From assembly GCA_040904565.1 (NCBI GenBank), contig JBBDTI010000083.1, forward strand, positions 1 to 64,000: a stretch of DNA of 64,000 bases, read 5' to 3'. Below, piece after piece: positions 50,983 to 61,006 of this stretch (position 1 is the stretch's first letter; the number at the start of each line of letters is the position of its first letter). A model generated the notes under the pieces. The model was not told where the DNA came from, searched no databases, and was given only the letters and a program-made list of their open reading frames with translations. The stretch comes from Rhodothermales bacterium. GTDB lineage: Bacteria > Bacteroidota > Rhodothermia > Rhodothermales > VXPQ01. The translations under genes were made by a program, and so were the position numbers.

Positions 50983-52926
50983 CTATCTGCGGTGGAGGGT
51001 ATATCGTTCCGCAAGCCCGTCCTGCAGATCGGCCGCACGTGAAAACGCGTCGCGCAAAAGACGCTGCTGCATTTTATTCAGCGTGGATGCATCGATTTCA
51101 TTCACGGGCGGGTCCCCCATTTCTACGGCGTGCAGCTGACTTTCGAGCCGAAAGTCAACCAGGTACTGGAACGCTTCGAGGGCGTGGTCGATGGTTTTCC
51201 GCATATCGTCCAGTTCATCAGACGCATGCCGGAGCCGGTCGAACGTGTTCGACGATTCGAGATACCGAAGCTCGAGCGCGAGGACGCGCGCAGCGGCTTC
51301 GATGGGACGAATACCGCCTTCCACGACGTCGAACGTGTGGCGACCGTCGCTTACACGATCCAGCACCATGCGAATCAGTCCGGTCGGCGGGCGGAATTCC
51401 ATGGCATTTGCCGCCATCAATCTAAGAAACGTACGGCTCTCGTCCATAGCCTGAACGTTTAGCGCATCCAGGATGTCTTCTTTCAGCGCGTCGACCAGCG
51501 TGTCATCGCCGAAAACACACCGAAGATCGAAAAACATGGGTGTCGGCGACAGCGATTTCTTGTCAGATTGCAAGATCCATTCACGGTACGTCCGCTTCCA
51601 GGCACCGATCGGCTGCCTCCAGCGGGCGTCCTGCGCTACGTATTCGCTCGGCGTAAAGCCGATTTCGGTTAGTGCGTCGTTGACGTACTCGGCGATGCGA
51701 TTGAACCACGTCTCCGCGCGCGCCTTTTCCTCGTCGGATTTCGGGTCGGAATAGACCAGCGCGTTGTGCTGCTCGGAGTTGAGCGCCATTTCCTGTCGCC
51801 CGCCGCTGCCGAGGCGGATCCAGGCCCACGACAGGTCTACCCCGTCACCAAATTCTTCCTCCCGCATCCGTTGGTCGACGAGATCCAGGACGCGCAGCAC
51901 GAGACGATCGTAGAGTTGCATCATGGTTCGATTCAACATCTCCGGTAGCGCCCCCTGTCCGTACAGGTTCAGCAAGTGTCCGTGGATCGCCGGACGGATT
52001 CCCGCAAGCTCGGTGACGCTGGACGCACGATCGATGCGGTCCGCCGTCGCGACGAGATCCTCGCCTCTGAAATGGGCGAGGTCACGATCCGAGAGGATGC
52101 CGATCGGCTTATCCGATCCCTCCGATTCGACCATAACGACCCGACGCACGCGTCGCGTGAGCATCGTCATCATCGCCTCGTAGAGATTCGCTTCCATGGA
52201 AATGGTGACGGCGGGCGACGTCATGAGATCGCCAACCGACGAAGGTCCGGACCATCCGTGTGTCGCTACGTGACGAAGCAGATCCGCGCCCGTGAGGATG
52301 CCGACCAGTGCGTCGTTCTCCACGACCGCGATAGCCTCCACGCCGAGGTCGTCCATCGTTCTGGCGGTCTCCTCTACGCTGGAGGTCGGTTCACAGCAAA
52401 CGAGTGCTGGATGCGCGAACTGACCGAGATTACGGCTAAATAGAAGATACTCCGCGGATACGTCCGTGGCGGATCCCATACGCCGCACGAACATCCGGAT
52501 CTCACCGTCGAAGTGGGCCGCGAACGACTCCTGCGTGTCGTAGAGCTTCTGAAATCGGTCACCGCTTACCTGCACGCAGACCGTTGGCGTGACGGCCTTC
52601 GCTTGGTAGATCGTCGTTCCGCCCTTGATAAGTCCGAAAGAGCCGAAATGCTCACCCTCACCGACCTTTCCGATCAGTCTCTGCCGCATGACGTCCATCA
52701 GTCGCACGAGCCCGGATTCGATCAGATACAGGTTCGGGTGACTCGTAGAACCATGCTCGATGATGATTTCGCCAGCATCGAAATACTCGATCGACACGTC
52801 CGTTAGAAGCTCCCGTCGAGCCTCGTCCGGAAGCTGATCGAACGGTGGGGTCGATTCAAGCACCACCGAAATGCGTTCTATGATCGGGGACGAACTCATG
52901 TCGTTCTTCTTTCCATTCTCGATCAA
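50983..52926 (-). CDS. cNMP-binding / CBS / DUF294 nucleotidyltransferase-like protein
   Basis: N-terminal cNMP domain, CBS pair, LGSGGRQE...NAL, FFDLR. Confidence 0.9.
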   Translation of the reverse strand: MIENGKKNDMSSSPIIERISVVLESTPPFDQLPDEARRELLTDVSIEYFDAGEIIIEHGSTSHPNLYLIESGLVRLMDVMRQRLIGKVGEGEHFGSFGLIKGGTTIYQAKAVTPTVCVQVSGDRFQKLYDTQESFAAHFDGEIRMFVRRMGSATDVSAEYLLFSRNLGQFAHPALVCCEPTSSVEETARTMDDLGVEAIAVVENDALVGILTGADLLRHVATHGWSGPSSVGDLMTSPAVTISMEANLYEAMMTMLTRRVRRVVMVESEGSDKPIGILSDRDLAHFRGEDLVATADRIDRASSVTELAGIRPAIHGHLLNLYGQGALPEMLNRTMMQLYDRLVLRVLDLVDQRMREEEFGDGVDLSWAWIRLGSGGRQEMALNSEQHNALVYSDPKSDEEKARAETWFNRIAEYVNDALTEIGFTPSEYVAQDARWRQPIGAWKRTYREWILQSDKKSLSPTPMFFDLRCVFGDDTLVDALKEDILDALNVQAMDESRTFLRLMAANAMEFRPPTGLIRMVLDRVSDGRHTFDVVEGGIRPIEAAARVLALELRYLESSNTFDRLRHASDELDDMRKTIDHALEAFQYLVDFRLESQLHAVEMGDPPVNEIDASTLNKMQQRLLRDAFSRAADLQDGLAERYTLHRR

Positions 52927-54779
52927 CCTTCCGTTTGGGCGATGATTTGCGAATAGACAACCTCCGCTCGAACGAGTCCGCGAAGGGCGTTACAGAAATA
53001 GACGGCATCCGCCCGCTCAAGGTCCGGCTGCGTCAGGATAGATTCGCGCATGCGCGGGTCCGTTTCGAGAAGATACTGCCGGTACACGCCGGGGAGCGCG
53101 CCGCTTTGGACGGGCGGCGTGATACGGGCTTCGCCGAACTCGGCGATAATGTTCGAACGGGCCCCTTCCGCCACGTCGCCGCGCTCGTTCAAGAAGATCA
53201 CCTCGTCGTATCCCTCATGCATCGCCGCTCGGAGCGCTTCGTCGTATCGATCTCTCCGCGTCGTCTTGTGTCGTCGAAAAACGTTTCCCGCGTCGATAGG
53301 ATCGTCTGATATTCGTGCCCGCCACCGGCGTCCGTCCGCTTCATCGAGTGGACTCGTTTCCACGAAGACGCTGCCTTCACGCGACAACGTCGCCCGCACC
53401 CGGTAGACGCCTTTCTCGGGCACGGCCTCGACGACGCCACCCCGGTACGACGCCTCGTCGAACGCAAACCCAAGCATTGTCGCAGACGACCTCAGCCGAT
53501 CGATGTGTCTCTCCAGAAGCGCGATGTCCCCAGCTCGACTCTGCATCGTCTCAATTAGCAATAACGGAGGTTTGTTCGCCGCACGCTCCCCCTTCGGGTC
53601 TATGCCGTCCATCTGGGCTGTAAGGAAATCGGCCTTGAGCAGGCATTCGTCGTATTCCGCGGCCGGGTCCGAATCCCATACGATGCCGCTGCCGATGCCG
53701 AGGCGTGCCGTACGGCAGCGTACTGTCGTCGTCCGAATCGCTACGTTAAAAATGGCTCGCTCCCCGTGCATGTATCCGACGGCACCGCAGTAGACCCCGC
53801 GCGACTCCGGCTCGTATCGGTCGATAAGCTCCATCGCTCGGATTTTTGGGGCACCCGTAACCGATCCACAGGGAAACAAGGCCTCGAAAACGTCCGGCGT
53901 TCGCATCCCGGTGCGAAGACGCCCCTGCACTTCCGAGGTCATCTGAATAACCGTACGGTATCGCTCCGTGGCAAACAGCTCGGGAACCTGCACGGAGCCC
54001 GGAATGCAGCACCTGGACAGGTCGTTCCGCAGCAGATCGACGATCATCAGGTTTTCGGCGCGACTCTTCTCATCAAGCGACAGCCACCGTTCCAGCGCGT
54101 CGTCCTCGTCCGGGTCTTCGCCGCGTCGTACCGTACCTTTCATCGGCCGGGTAACGACGAACTCGCCGCACCGATCGAAGAAGAGCTCCGGCGAACAGCT
54201 CACTACCTGAATCTCCCCGGTGTCGACGAAGGCCGCGTATGGGACGGGCTGGCGTGCCGTGAGCAGCTCGAACAGCCGGTACGGCGCCGATTCCGGTACA
54301 AAATCCAGAGGACCCGTAAAATTAATCTGATAAACGTCACCCTCCCGGATGTGCTCGCGGAGCCGCGCAATGGTGTCACGATACGAAGCGGCATCGTAAG
54401 CGAAGCGGGCGTCCGCCAAGGCAGCACTCGGACGGCCTGAGGCCCCATCAGGAACGTCGGCGGAGCCGCGGCGAGCGGGACTGGAGGCGAACGAGCGGTC
54501 GTAGACCCCCATCCAAACGAGTGGACCGTTCGGCTCCTTGGCCCGATACGCACGATCGAACGCCGGCGCGGCCTCATACGCGACAAATCCGGCTACGTGC
54601 ATGCCGCTTTCCGCTGCCCTGCAGGCACGAGAGAGCACGTGCCGGACGTCCCGCACCTCCCGCGCGACGAATACCTCTACGGGCGAGCGAAAGGTGACGT
54701 CGCCGAGACCGCGCCATCCCGGGCCGAATCGTATCAAGCCTGCTTCTTCCGAAGCCGTGAAATCGTTCGGTCTATTCAT
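52923..54779 (-). CDS. pabB: Aminodeoxychorismate synthase component I fused to class IV aminotransferase (PabB-PabC)
   Basis: SPELF, PMKGT, ENLMIVDLLRND, GSVTGAPK; C-terminal ETM, HKTTRR, EGARSN, LPG, NALRG. Confidence 0.92.
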   Translation of the reverse strand: MNRPNDFTASEEAGLIRFGPGWRGLGDVTFRSPVEVFVAREVRDVRHVLSRACRAAESGMHVAGFVAYEAAPAFDRAYRAKEPNGPLVWMGVYDRSFASSPARRGSADVPDGASGRPSAALADARFAYDAASYRDTIARLREHIREGDVYQINFTGPLDFVPESAPYRLFELLTARQPVPYAAFVDTGEIQVVSCSPELFFDRCGEFVVTRPMKGTVRRGEDPDEDDALERWLSLDEKSRAENLMIVDLLRNDLSRCCIPGSVQVPELFATERYRTVIQMTSEVQGRLRTGMRTPDVFEALFPCGSVTGAPKIRAMELIDRYEPESRGVYCGAVGYMHGERAIFNVAIRTTTVRCRTARLGIGSGIVWDSDPAAEYDECLLKADFLTAQMDGIDPKGERAANKPPLLLIETMQSRAGDIALLERHIDRLRSSATMLGFAFDEASYRGGVVEAVPEKGVYRVRATLSREGSVFVETSPLDEADGRRWRARISDDPIDAGNVFRRHKTTRRDRYDEALRAAMHEGYDEVIFLNERGDVAEGARSNIIAEFGEARITPPVQSGALPGVYRQYLLETDPRMRESILTQPDLERADAVYFCNALRGLVRAEVVYSQIIAQTEG

Positions 54780-55773
54780 TGCGGCATGCACGTTCGTCAC
54801 CGCAAGAAGAGGCGGCCGCACCGGAAGTGGAGCCGGTCGTGCCCTGCAGCGGGCGAACGTCGCGCCCGTACTCCGACACGCCGAAATGGTCCAGGACCGC
54901 CATCATGCGATCGACGGCCTCGTCATCAAAATACGCCATCCACTTAGAAAGCTGCCGATTTACGTCGTCGTTGAACGTTGCGCGCCTCGTCGTGCTGCTC
55001 GCTCGTCCGGCAGCCGCAAAGATGCCCGGCGGCGGCTCCATCCTCCAGCGATCAAATATCCGTCGAATCTGGGCATCGGAATCCGCAAGCAAATCCTCAT
55101 AGTAAACGGTAATCCAGTCCACGTCGTTACGCGGGCTGCGCAGCGGCACCAGGTTGGTCAGACACCACTGCGCCACCAGTCCCTCGTACACGGTTTCAAG
55201 GCTCTGGACGTAGGCTTCATGCTCGCGGTAATAGCTATCGAACGGGCCCTTCGGCACCTCGAAACCCTCGTAATCCTCCCAGGCCCCATAACGCAGCTGC
55301 GAAGCCACGACGGCAAATGGATGACGTACCAAGTAGACGGGCTCGTAAGCCAGGTCGAACGTGGCCGACATCCAGGGGAGCAACGCATTGCCGCGGCATA
55401 CCTTCACGACCATTCGCTCCGCCCGCGCGAGCCCGATCGGATCCTGGCACGTCCAGTGATCGATGAGGTCTCCTCGAAACAAACGTTCGAACCGCTGCCG
55501 TGCCTCCTCCCAGTCGGCGTCGGGCGGCACATACTGACGCAGCGAAAAATTCAGATCGTCGAAGAAGGAAACGTTCGCGACGTTCAGCGGCTCCCACAGG
55601 AGCACGGTCCGCGGCACGGTCATCAACATCTCCGCCAGCCACGTACTTCCGCCCCTCGGATCGCTGAATACGAGCAAGTTCTCGGTCGGATCGAAGCGCG
55701 CGAACGGGCGAACCAGGTTGCACGCTCCCTTCAACAGCCACGTTCGCGCCGTATATAAAAGCTTGTGCATCAT
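54772..55773 (-). CDS. PAPS-dependent sulfotransferase family protein
   Basis: PRGGSTWL (5'-PSB), RHPFAVVAS (3'-PB), YEDL. Confidence 0.85.
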   Translation of the reverse strand: MMHKLLYTARTWLLKGACNLVRPFARFDPTENLLVFSDPRGGSTWLAEMLMTVPRTVLLWEPLNVANVSFFDDLNFSLRQYVPPDADWEEARQRFERLFRGDLIDHWTCQDPIGLARAERMVVKVCRGNALLPWMSATFDLAYEPVYLVRHPFAVVASQLRYGAWEDYEGFEVPKGPFDSYYREHEAYVQSLETVYEGLVAQWCLTNLVPLRSPRNDVDWITVYYEDLLADSDAQIRRIFDRWRMEPPPGIFAAAGRASSTTRRATFNDDVNRQLSKWMAYFDDEAVDRMMAVLDHFGVSEYGRDVRPLQGTTGSTSGAAASSCGDERACRNE

Positions 55774-55818
55774 TCCGATTCCCTCGCCGCGATGAAATCC
55801 GGCCGGGCCCTTCGATCG

Positions 55819-58800
55819 CTACATATTGCGTCGATACTCGCCTCCGACGCCGAACAATGCTTCCGTGATCTGGCCGAGCGAGCAGACTTTTACGGTCTCC
55901 ATCAATTCTTCGAAGACGTTGCCGCCGTCGCGTGTTACCTGCTGCAGGCGGTGCAGCGCTTCGGGAGTCCGGTCTGCATTCCGACGGCGGAACGCATCCA
56001 GATGGCGCAGCTGATGCTGCTTCTCGTCGTCGGAAGAACGCATCAATTCCATGCTTCCTTCGACCTCCTCCTGCCCGTTCTGCGAGACGAACGTATTGAC
56101 GCCCACGACGGGCAGGTCACCCGAGTGCTTGCGTCGTTCGTACTCCATCGACTCCTGCTGAATCTTGCCCCGCTGGTACATCGTTTCCATCGCGCCCAGA
56201 ACGCCACCCCGATCGTTGATCCGGTCAAACTCCGAAAGGACGGCCTCTTCGACCAGGTCCGTCAGCTCGTCGATGATGAAGGACCCCTGCAGTGGATTCT
56301 GGTTCTTTGCCATTCCGAGCTCCCGGTTAATAATGAGCTGGATGGCGATGGCACGCCGGACGCTCTCTTCGGTCGGCGTCGTTATCGCCTCATCGTAGGC
56401 ATTCGTATGGAGTGAGTTGCAATTGTCGTACACGGCCATGAGGGCCTGAAGGGTCGTACGAATGTCGTTGAACTGAATTTCGCGGGCGTGCAGGCTGCGG
56501 CCTGACGTCTGAATGTGGTACTTAAGCTTCTGGCTCCGATCGCCGGCTCCGTACCGTTCCCGCATGGCGACCGACCAGATCCGCCGAGCCACGCGTCCGA
56601 TCACGCTGTATTCCGGATCCATTCCGTTCGAAAAAAAGAAGGACAGGCTCGGCGCGATGTCGTCGATGTCCATCCCCCTTCCGAGGTAGTACTCCACGTA
56701 CGTGATTCCGTTGGCGAGCGTGAAGGCCAGCTGGGTGATGGGGTTGGCCCCCGCCTCCGCGATGTGATATCCGGAGATCGATACGGAATAGAAATTCCGA
56801 ACGTCTACGTCGATAAAATACTGCTGGACGTCGCCCATAAGACGCAGCGCAAACTCCGTCGAGAAGATGCACGTGTTCTGTGCCTGGTCCTCCTTCAGGA
56901 TGTCCGCCTGCACGGTACCCCGGACGACGTGTAGGGCGCGGCTCTTGATGCGCATATAATCATCGGGCGGAAGCACATCCCATTCGACCAGTTCGCTGCT
57001 GCTGGTACCGAGGAGGCCCAGTCCGGACCCCTCGTGCGTCGGCGGCAGATCGTCCATGGCGCCCGACGGACCGTACGGTTCGTAGTCGGGGCGCTCCGTG
57101 CCCAGCTTGTCCGCAATCACGCGGTCGGCCTCCGTCCATCGCCCGTTTTTCCTGAGATAGCGCTCCACTTCCTGGTCGATGGCCGTATTCATGAACATAG
57201 CCAGTATCATCGGAGCCGGACCGTTGATCGTCATCGAGACGCTGGTCGTCGGATCGCAGAGATTGAAGCCGGAGTACAGCTTCTTCATGTCGTCCAGCGT
57301 ACAGACGGATACCCCCGCATTCCCCACCTTTCCGTAGATATCCGGCCGCTCGGCCGGGTCGAAGCCGTAGAGCGTTACCGAGTCGAACGCGGTCGAGAGA
57401 CGCTTCGCCGCCATGCCCTCCGAAACGAGATGGAACCGCCGGTTGGTGCGTTCCGGCGACCCTTCCCCAGCAAACATGCGCGTGGGATCCTCACCGAATC
57501 GCTTAAAGGGGAAAACGCCCGCCGTGAAGGGAAAGTATCCGGGAAGGTTCTCCAGCAGCGCGAATCGCAGTCGCTCTCCGGGATCCTCCGTGCGCGGGAG
57601 GGCCACTCTCGGTATGCGCGTCCCTGAAAGCGACTCTTCGAACAGGTCAACGGCGATGTCACGTCCGCGGACCGTATAGGTGAACGTCTCCGCCCGATAA
57701 CGTCGAGCCGTATCCTCCCATTCCTCAAGAATATCCCGGCATCCCGCGTCGAGTCTCGCCCACCAGTAGTCGACCATCTCATCCAGCCGTCCCACGAGCG
57801 CGCGGCGATCGTCCGGATTCCATGCTTCGATCTGATCCCGCGCGCCGACGGCGTGGCCCCACTTTCGGGCGATGTCGACCTGTTCTTCGGCCCAGGTCCG
57901 GTAGGCGCGGCACGTTTCCACAATCGCTCCCAAATACCGCTGCCGGCCAGGCGGGATAACGGAGAGCGTCGCCGGATCCATCTCGGGCAGATCGGCTGCC
58001 CGGTACAGCGTCGACGAGCGATCAAACGCATGGGCATCGTTGAGCTTCTCGAGCAACGCGAGATAGAGTCCCGTAACGCCCGGGTCGTCGAAATGTGAGG
58101 CCATCGTCGGGAAAACGGGCATCGTTTCGGGATCCGCATCGAACGCACCCCGGTTTCGCTGCACCTGTTTCTGGATGTCGCGGAGGGCATCCCTGCCGCC
58201 CCGTTTTTCAAACTTGTTCAGCACGACGAAGTCGGCCAGATCCAGCATCCCGATCTTCTCGAGCTGCGTAGGAGCCCCGTAGTCGTGCGTCATGACATAG
58301 ATCGACACGTCCGCCATATCGACGATATCCGTGTCGCTCTGTCCGATGCCGGCGGTTTCAAGAAGGATCAGGTCAAATTCCGCGGCCCGGCAAACGCGAA
58401 CGGCATCCTTCAGGGCGACGGACGTGGAGCGGTGTGCCCGGCGTGTGGCGAACGATCTCATGTAGACGCGTTCGGTATATTTGCCGTAGATCGCATTCAT
58501 GCGAATTCGATCGCCTAGCAGCGCACCACCCGTGCGCCTCCGCGTCGGATCCACGGAAAGCACGGCTACGGAGACGTCGTCGAAATCGTTCATGAACCGG
58601 CGAATGATTTCGTCGGTCAGGGTCGACTTGCCCGCACCACCCGTGCCGGTGATGCCGATCGTCGGAGCGTGCGTCGTCCCGGCATCTGGCTGACCGAAGA
58701 CATCTTCCAAGCCGCGACCGCTCGCTTGCGCCGAAGCCAATACCCCCTCGGCATGCCGCGATTCGACGTCCGATATGGCACGCGCCAAGACGAGCGGTCG

Positions 58801-59289
58801 GCCGGTGTGAACGTGCTTGACGCCGTCGATCTGACGCGGCGTCTCGAAATCCGCCTCTCGGAGCATGAAATCAATCATGCCCTGCAGGCCCATCTCCATG
58901 CCGTGCTGCGGATCGAAAATTTTGGCGATTCCGTACGCTTCGAGCTCCCTGATCTCCTCCGGCACGATAACGCCGCCGCCACCGCCGAAAATCCGGATGT
59001 GGCCCGCGCCGTACTCCTCCAGCAGATCGTGCATGTACGTAAAGTACTCCATGTGTCCGCCCTGATAGGACGATACGGCGATACCCTGAACGTCTTCCTG
59101 AACGGCCGTATCAACGACATCTCGTACCGACCGATTATGCCCGAGGTGAATGACCTCCGCGCCGCTCGACTGCAGGATACGACGGATGATATTGATGGCT
59201 GCATCGTGCCCATCGAAGAGAGAGGCAGCGGTTACGAAGCGAATGGGACGCTGTGGGACGTATGAGGTGGATTCCATGCGTTCGCGCAT
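55819..59289 (-). CDS. icmF: Fused isobutyryl-CoA mutase / G-protein chaperone
   Basis: N-terminal B12 domain (FDGHD), GTGGAGKS and NKFE G-domain, mutase barrel with RMFAGEG, 1156 aa. Confidence 0.95.
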   Translation of the reverse strand: MRERMESTSYVPQRPIRFVTAASLFDGHDAAINIIRRILQSSGAEVIHLGHNRSVRDVVDTAVQEDVQGIAVSSYQGGHMEYFTYMHDLLEEYGAGHIRIFGGGGGVIVPEEIRELEAYGIAKIFDPQHGMEMGLQGMIDFMLREADFETPRQIDGVKHVHTGRPLVLARAISDVESRHAEGVLASAQASGRGLEDVFGQPDAGTTHAPTIGITGTGGAGKSTLTDEIIRRFMNDFDDVSVAVLSVDPTRRRTGGALLGDRIRMNAIYGKYTERVYMRSFATRRAHRSTSVALKDAVRVCRAAEFDLILLETAGIGQSDTDIVDMADVSIYVMTHDYGAPTQLEKIGMLDLADFVVLNKFEKRGGRDALRDIQKQVQRNRGAFDADPETMPVFPTMASHFDDPGVTGLYLALLEKLNDAHAFDRSSTLYRAADLPEMDPATLSVIPPGRQRYLGAIVETCRAYRTWAEEQVDIARKWGHAVGARDQIEAWNPDDRRALVGRLDEMVDYWWARLDAGCRDILEEWEDTARRYRAETFTYTVRGRDIAVDLFEESLSGTRIPRVALPRTEDPGERLRFALLENLPGYFPFTAGVFPFKRFGEDPTRMFAGEGSPERTNRRFHLVSEGMAAKRLSTAFDSVTLYGFDPAERPDIYGKVGNAGVSVCTLDDMKKLYSGFNLCDPTTSVSMTINGPAPMILAMFMNTAIDQEVERYLRKNGRWTEADRVIADKLGTERPDYEPYGPSGAMDDLPPTHEGSGLGLLGTSSSELVEWDVLPPDDYMRIKSRALHVVRGTVQADILKEDQAQNTCIFSTEFALRLMGDVQQYFIDVDVRNFYSVSISGYHIAEAGANPITQLAFTLANGITYVEYYLGRGMDIDDIAPSLSFFFSNGMDPEYSVIGRVARRIWSVAMRERYGAGDRSQKLKYHIQTSGRSLHAREIQFNDIRTTLQALMAVYDNCNSLHTNAYDEAITTPTEESVRRAIAIQLIINRELGMAKNQNPLQGSFIIDELTDLVEEAVLSEFDRINDRGGVLGAMETMYQRGKIQQESMEYERRKHSGDLPVVGVNTFVSQNGQEEVEGSMELMRSSDDEKQHQLRHLDAFRRRNADRTPEALHRLQQVTRDGGNVFEELMETVKVCSLGQITEALFGVGGEYRRNM

Positions 59290-59387
59290 AGGTCGAAGCG
59301 AAGCTAGAGCGCCGTCATTTGGTGTTGGTAGGGACGCGGCGAACCCATAAGGCGGGCCGTTTCCTCCTTACGCACCTGCACCACGCG

Positions 59388-59454
59388 GGTTCATGACGCC
59401 GGTTCATGACGCCGGTTCATGACGCCCTATCAGGACGGACGATCAGGACGGACG
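59388..59454. repeat. Two adjacent 13-bp tandem arrays
   Basis: GGTTCATGACGCC x3 (59388-59426) and ATCAGGACGGACG x2 (59429-59454). Confidence 0.92.
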
Positions 59455-60105
59455 CCCCTCTTCGAAAGCAATGGCGACGTAGTATCCGTCCCATTCCTCG
59501 AAATAGGCGGTCCACGTAGCACCACAGTCCACGTTACTGTCTACGTGACCGTCTACGTGGACGGTCGCGCGCTCGGACGCGAGGTCGACGTCCAGGCGCA
59601 GCTTCTTAGGCGAAACCCGCAACCCCGTCCGCATGGCCTTCAGCGTCGCCTCCTTGAGCGTCCAGCACAGGATGTGCGATCGTTCCGTATCCAGCGGCAT
59701 CGCGTCGATCAGGCCGTGCTCGTCCGGGTGCAGCATAAAGTCCGCCAGACCCGCATGCCGCGCCCGAATGCCTTCGATATCTACGCCGAGCATTCGCGGA
59801 GCTGCTGCCGCGATAGCGTGGCTGCCCGAATGAGCTATCGAGATATGCAGATCCATGCCGACCACGTCTACGGCACCTCCTTCAGCGACCTCGAGTCCGA
59901 CGTCGACCGGATTCGTCCCGATGCGCTCGGCGAGCATCAATCGCGCCGCAGCACGGCCAAGCACAAATTCCTCTCGACGCTTGGTGCGTGGAAATTCCGC
60001 CGCCCGCTTCGCCTCTTCGGGAGACAGCAGCGCTACCCAACGCTCCAGCTGGTCCGGATCGAAGCGAAGATGGTGAAAGGTAATGTCGGAAGGAAGATGG
60101 CGCAT
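59443..60105 (-). CDS. 4'-phosphopantetheinyl transferase (Sfp type)
   Basis: LSPEE, SIAHSG, GVDIE, WTLKEATLKA. Confidence 0.92.
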   Translation of the reverse strand: MRHLPSDITFHHLRFDPDQLERWVALLSPEEAKRAAEFPRTKRREEFVLGRAAARLMLAERIGTNPVDVGLEVAEGGAVDVVGMDLHISIAHSGSHAIAAAAPRMLGVDIEGIRARHAGLADFMLHPDEHGLIDAMPLDTERSHILCWTLKEATLKAMRTGLRVSPKKLRLDVDLASERATVHVDGHVDSNVDCGATWTAYFEEWDGYYVAIAFEEGRPS

Positions 60106-60335
60106 CCCGGCGCGTACGCTCGTGGAAATGTGTACTCAGATCACAAATATGTATTTAGATCACGTCTAAAGTTACCATTTAGCACGCTCCCGGATTCATT
60201 CGGCTGGAATATGTGAGGTACATAGAATAGTATGGCATCGCACGCTGATAAAAATTATCGACGCAATCCTCGCCTCCGTTGAATCCGGCGGGATGCCGGA
60301 TCGTGTGACGGACGATACACCAGACATTGCTGATT

Positions 60336-60737
60336 ATGCCCGACAAGAACCAGATCGACACGGACCAGAACACGTCCAGACGCAGTTTCCTGCAGAAGCT
60401 AACGGCGCTCGGCACGGCCGGCGTGATCACGCCCGTCGTCCTCTCCGCATGCGGTGGAGGAGGCGATGAAGCCGCCAGCGGCGACGCAGCGACCGGCGGG
60501 GAAACCTCCGAAGCGGGATTTTCCTGCATGGATACGTCCGGTCTCACGGACGCCCAGATTCAGCAGCGAGAATCTACGAACTACGTGGACGAATCGCCGA
60601 ACCCGGATCAGCTCTGCTCCAATTGCCAGCTTTATACGCAGCCGGAAGCCGGTGCGCAGTGCGGTGGTTGCCAGGTCGTTCCGGGTCCGATCCACCCGGA
60701 CGGATACTGCGATCTCTGGGTGGCGGCACAGGCCTAA
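60336..60737 (+). CDS. High-potential iron-sulfur protein (HiPIP), Tat lipoprotein
   Basis: SRRSFL Tat motif, LSAC lipobox, CSNC...GGC...GYC..W cluster ligands. Confidence 0.92.
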   Translation: MPDKNQIDTDQNTSRRSFLQKLTALGTAGVITPVVLSACGGGGDEAASGDAATGGETSEAGFSCMDTSGLTDAQIQQRESTNYVDESPNPDQLCSNCQLYTQPEAGAQCGGCQVVPGPIHPDGYCDLWVAAQA

Positions 60738-60819
60738 TTAGCCGGCGGCTAACCGGGGTCCTCGTCGTCCTTTCGGCTTAGTCTTTCGGCTTGGGAGATC
60801 TCTACACAGAACGATACAG

Positions 60820-60855
60820 AAAGGGATGGCTTCGTTTCGACGGGCCATCCCTTTT
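60820..60855 (+). terminator. Intrinsic terminator after HiPIP
   Basis: AAAGGGATGGC...TTCG loop...GCCATCCCTTTT. Confidence 0.75.
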
Positions 60856-61006
60856 ACGTTAGTTCCTTTCCCGCGTCGCCGATCCCCGTGGACGGACTCC
60901 TCGTCACGATTCGGCTTCCCGAGCCCACAGCACATCTTGCGTCGATGTCCCGGCCCGCGTATGGTAATACGTGTATCGACCTCACTCGCATCACAAATCC
61001 ACGCAC

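Noticed and set aside
55819-59289. Novel methylmalonyl-CoA mutase fusion
   Set aside because: Architecture and the FAGEG/NKxE motifs match the known IcmF family.
59388-59454. Possible CRISPR array
   Set aside because: 13-bp units are contiguous with no spacers, and there are no cas genes.
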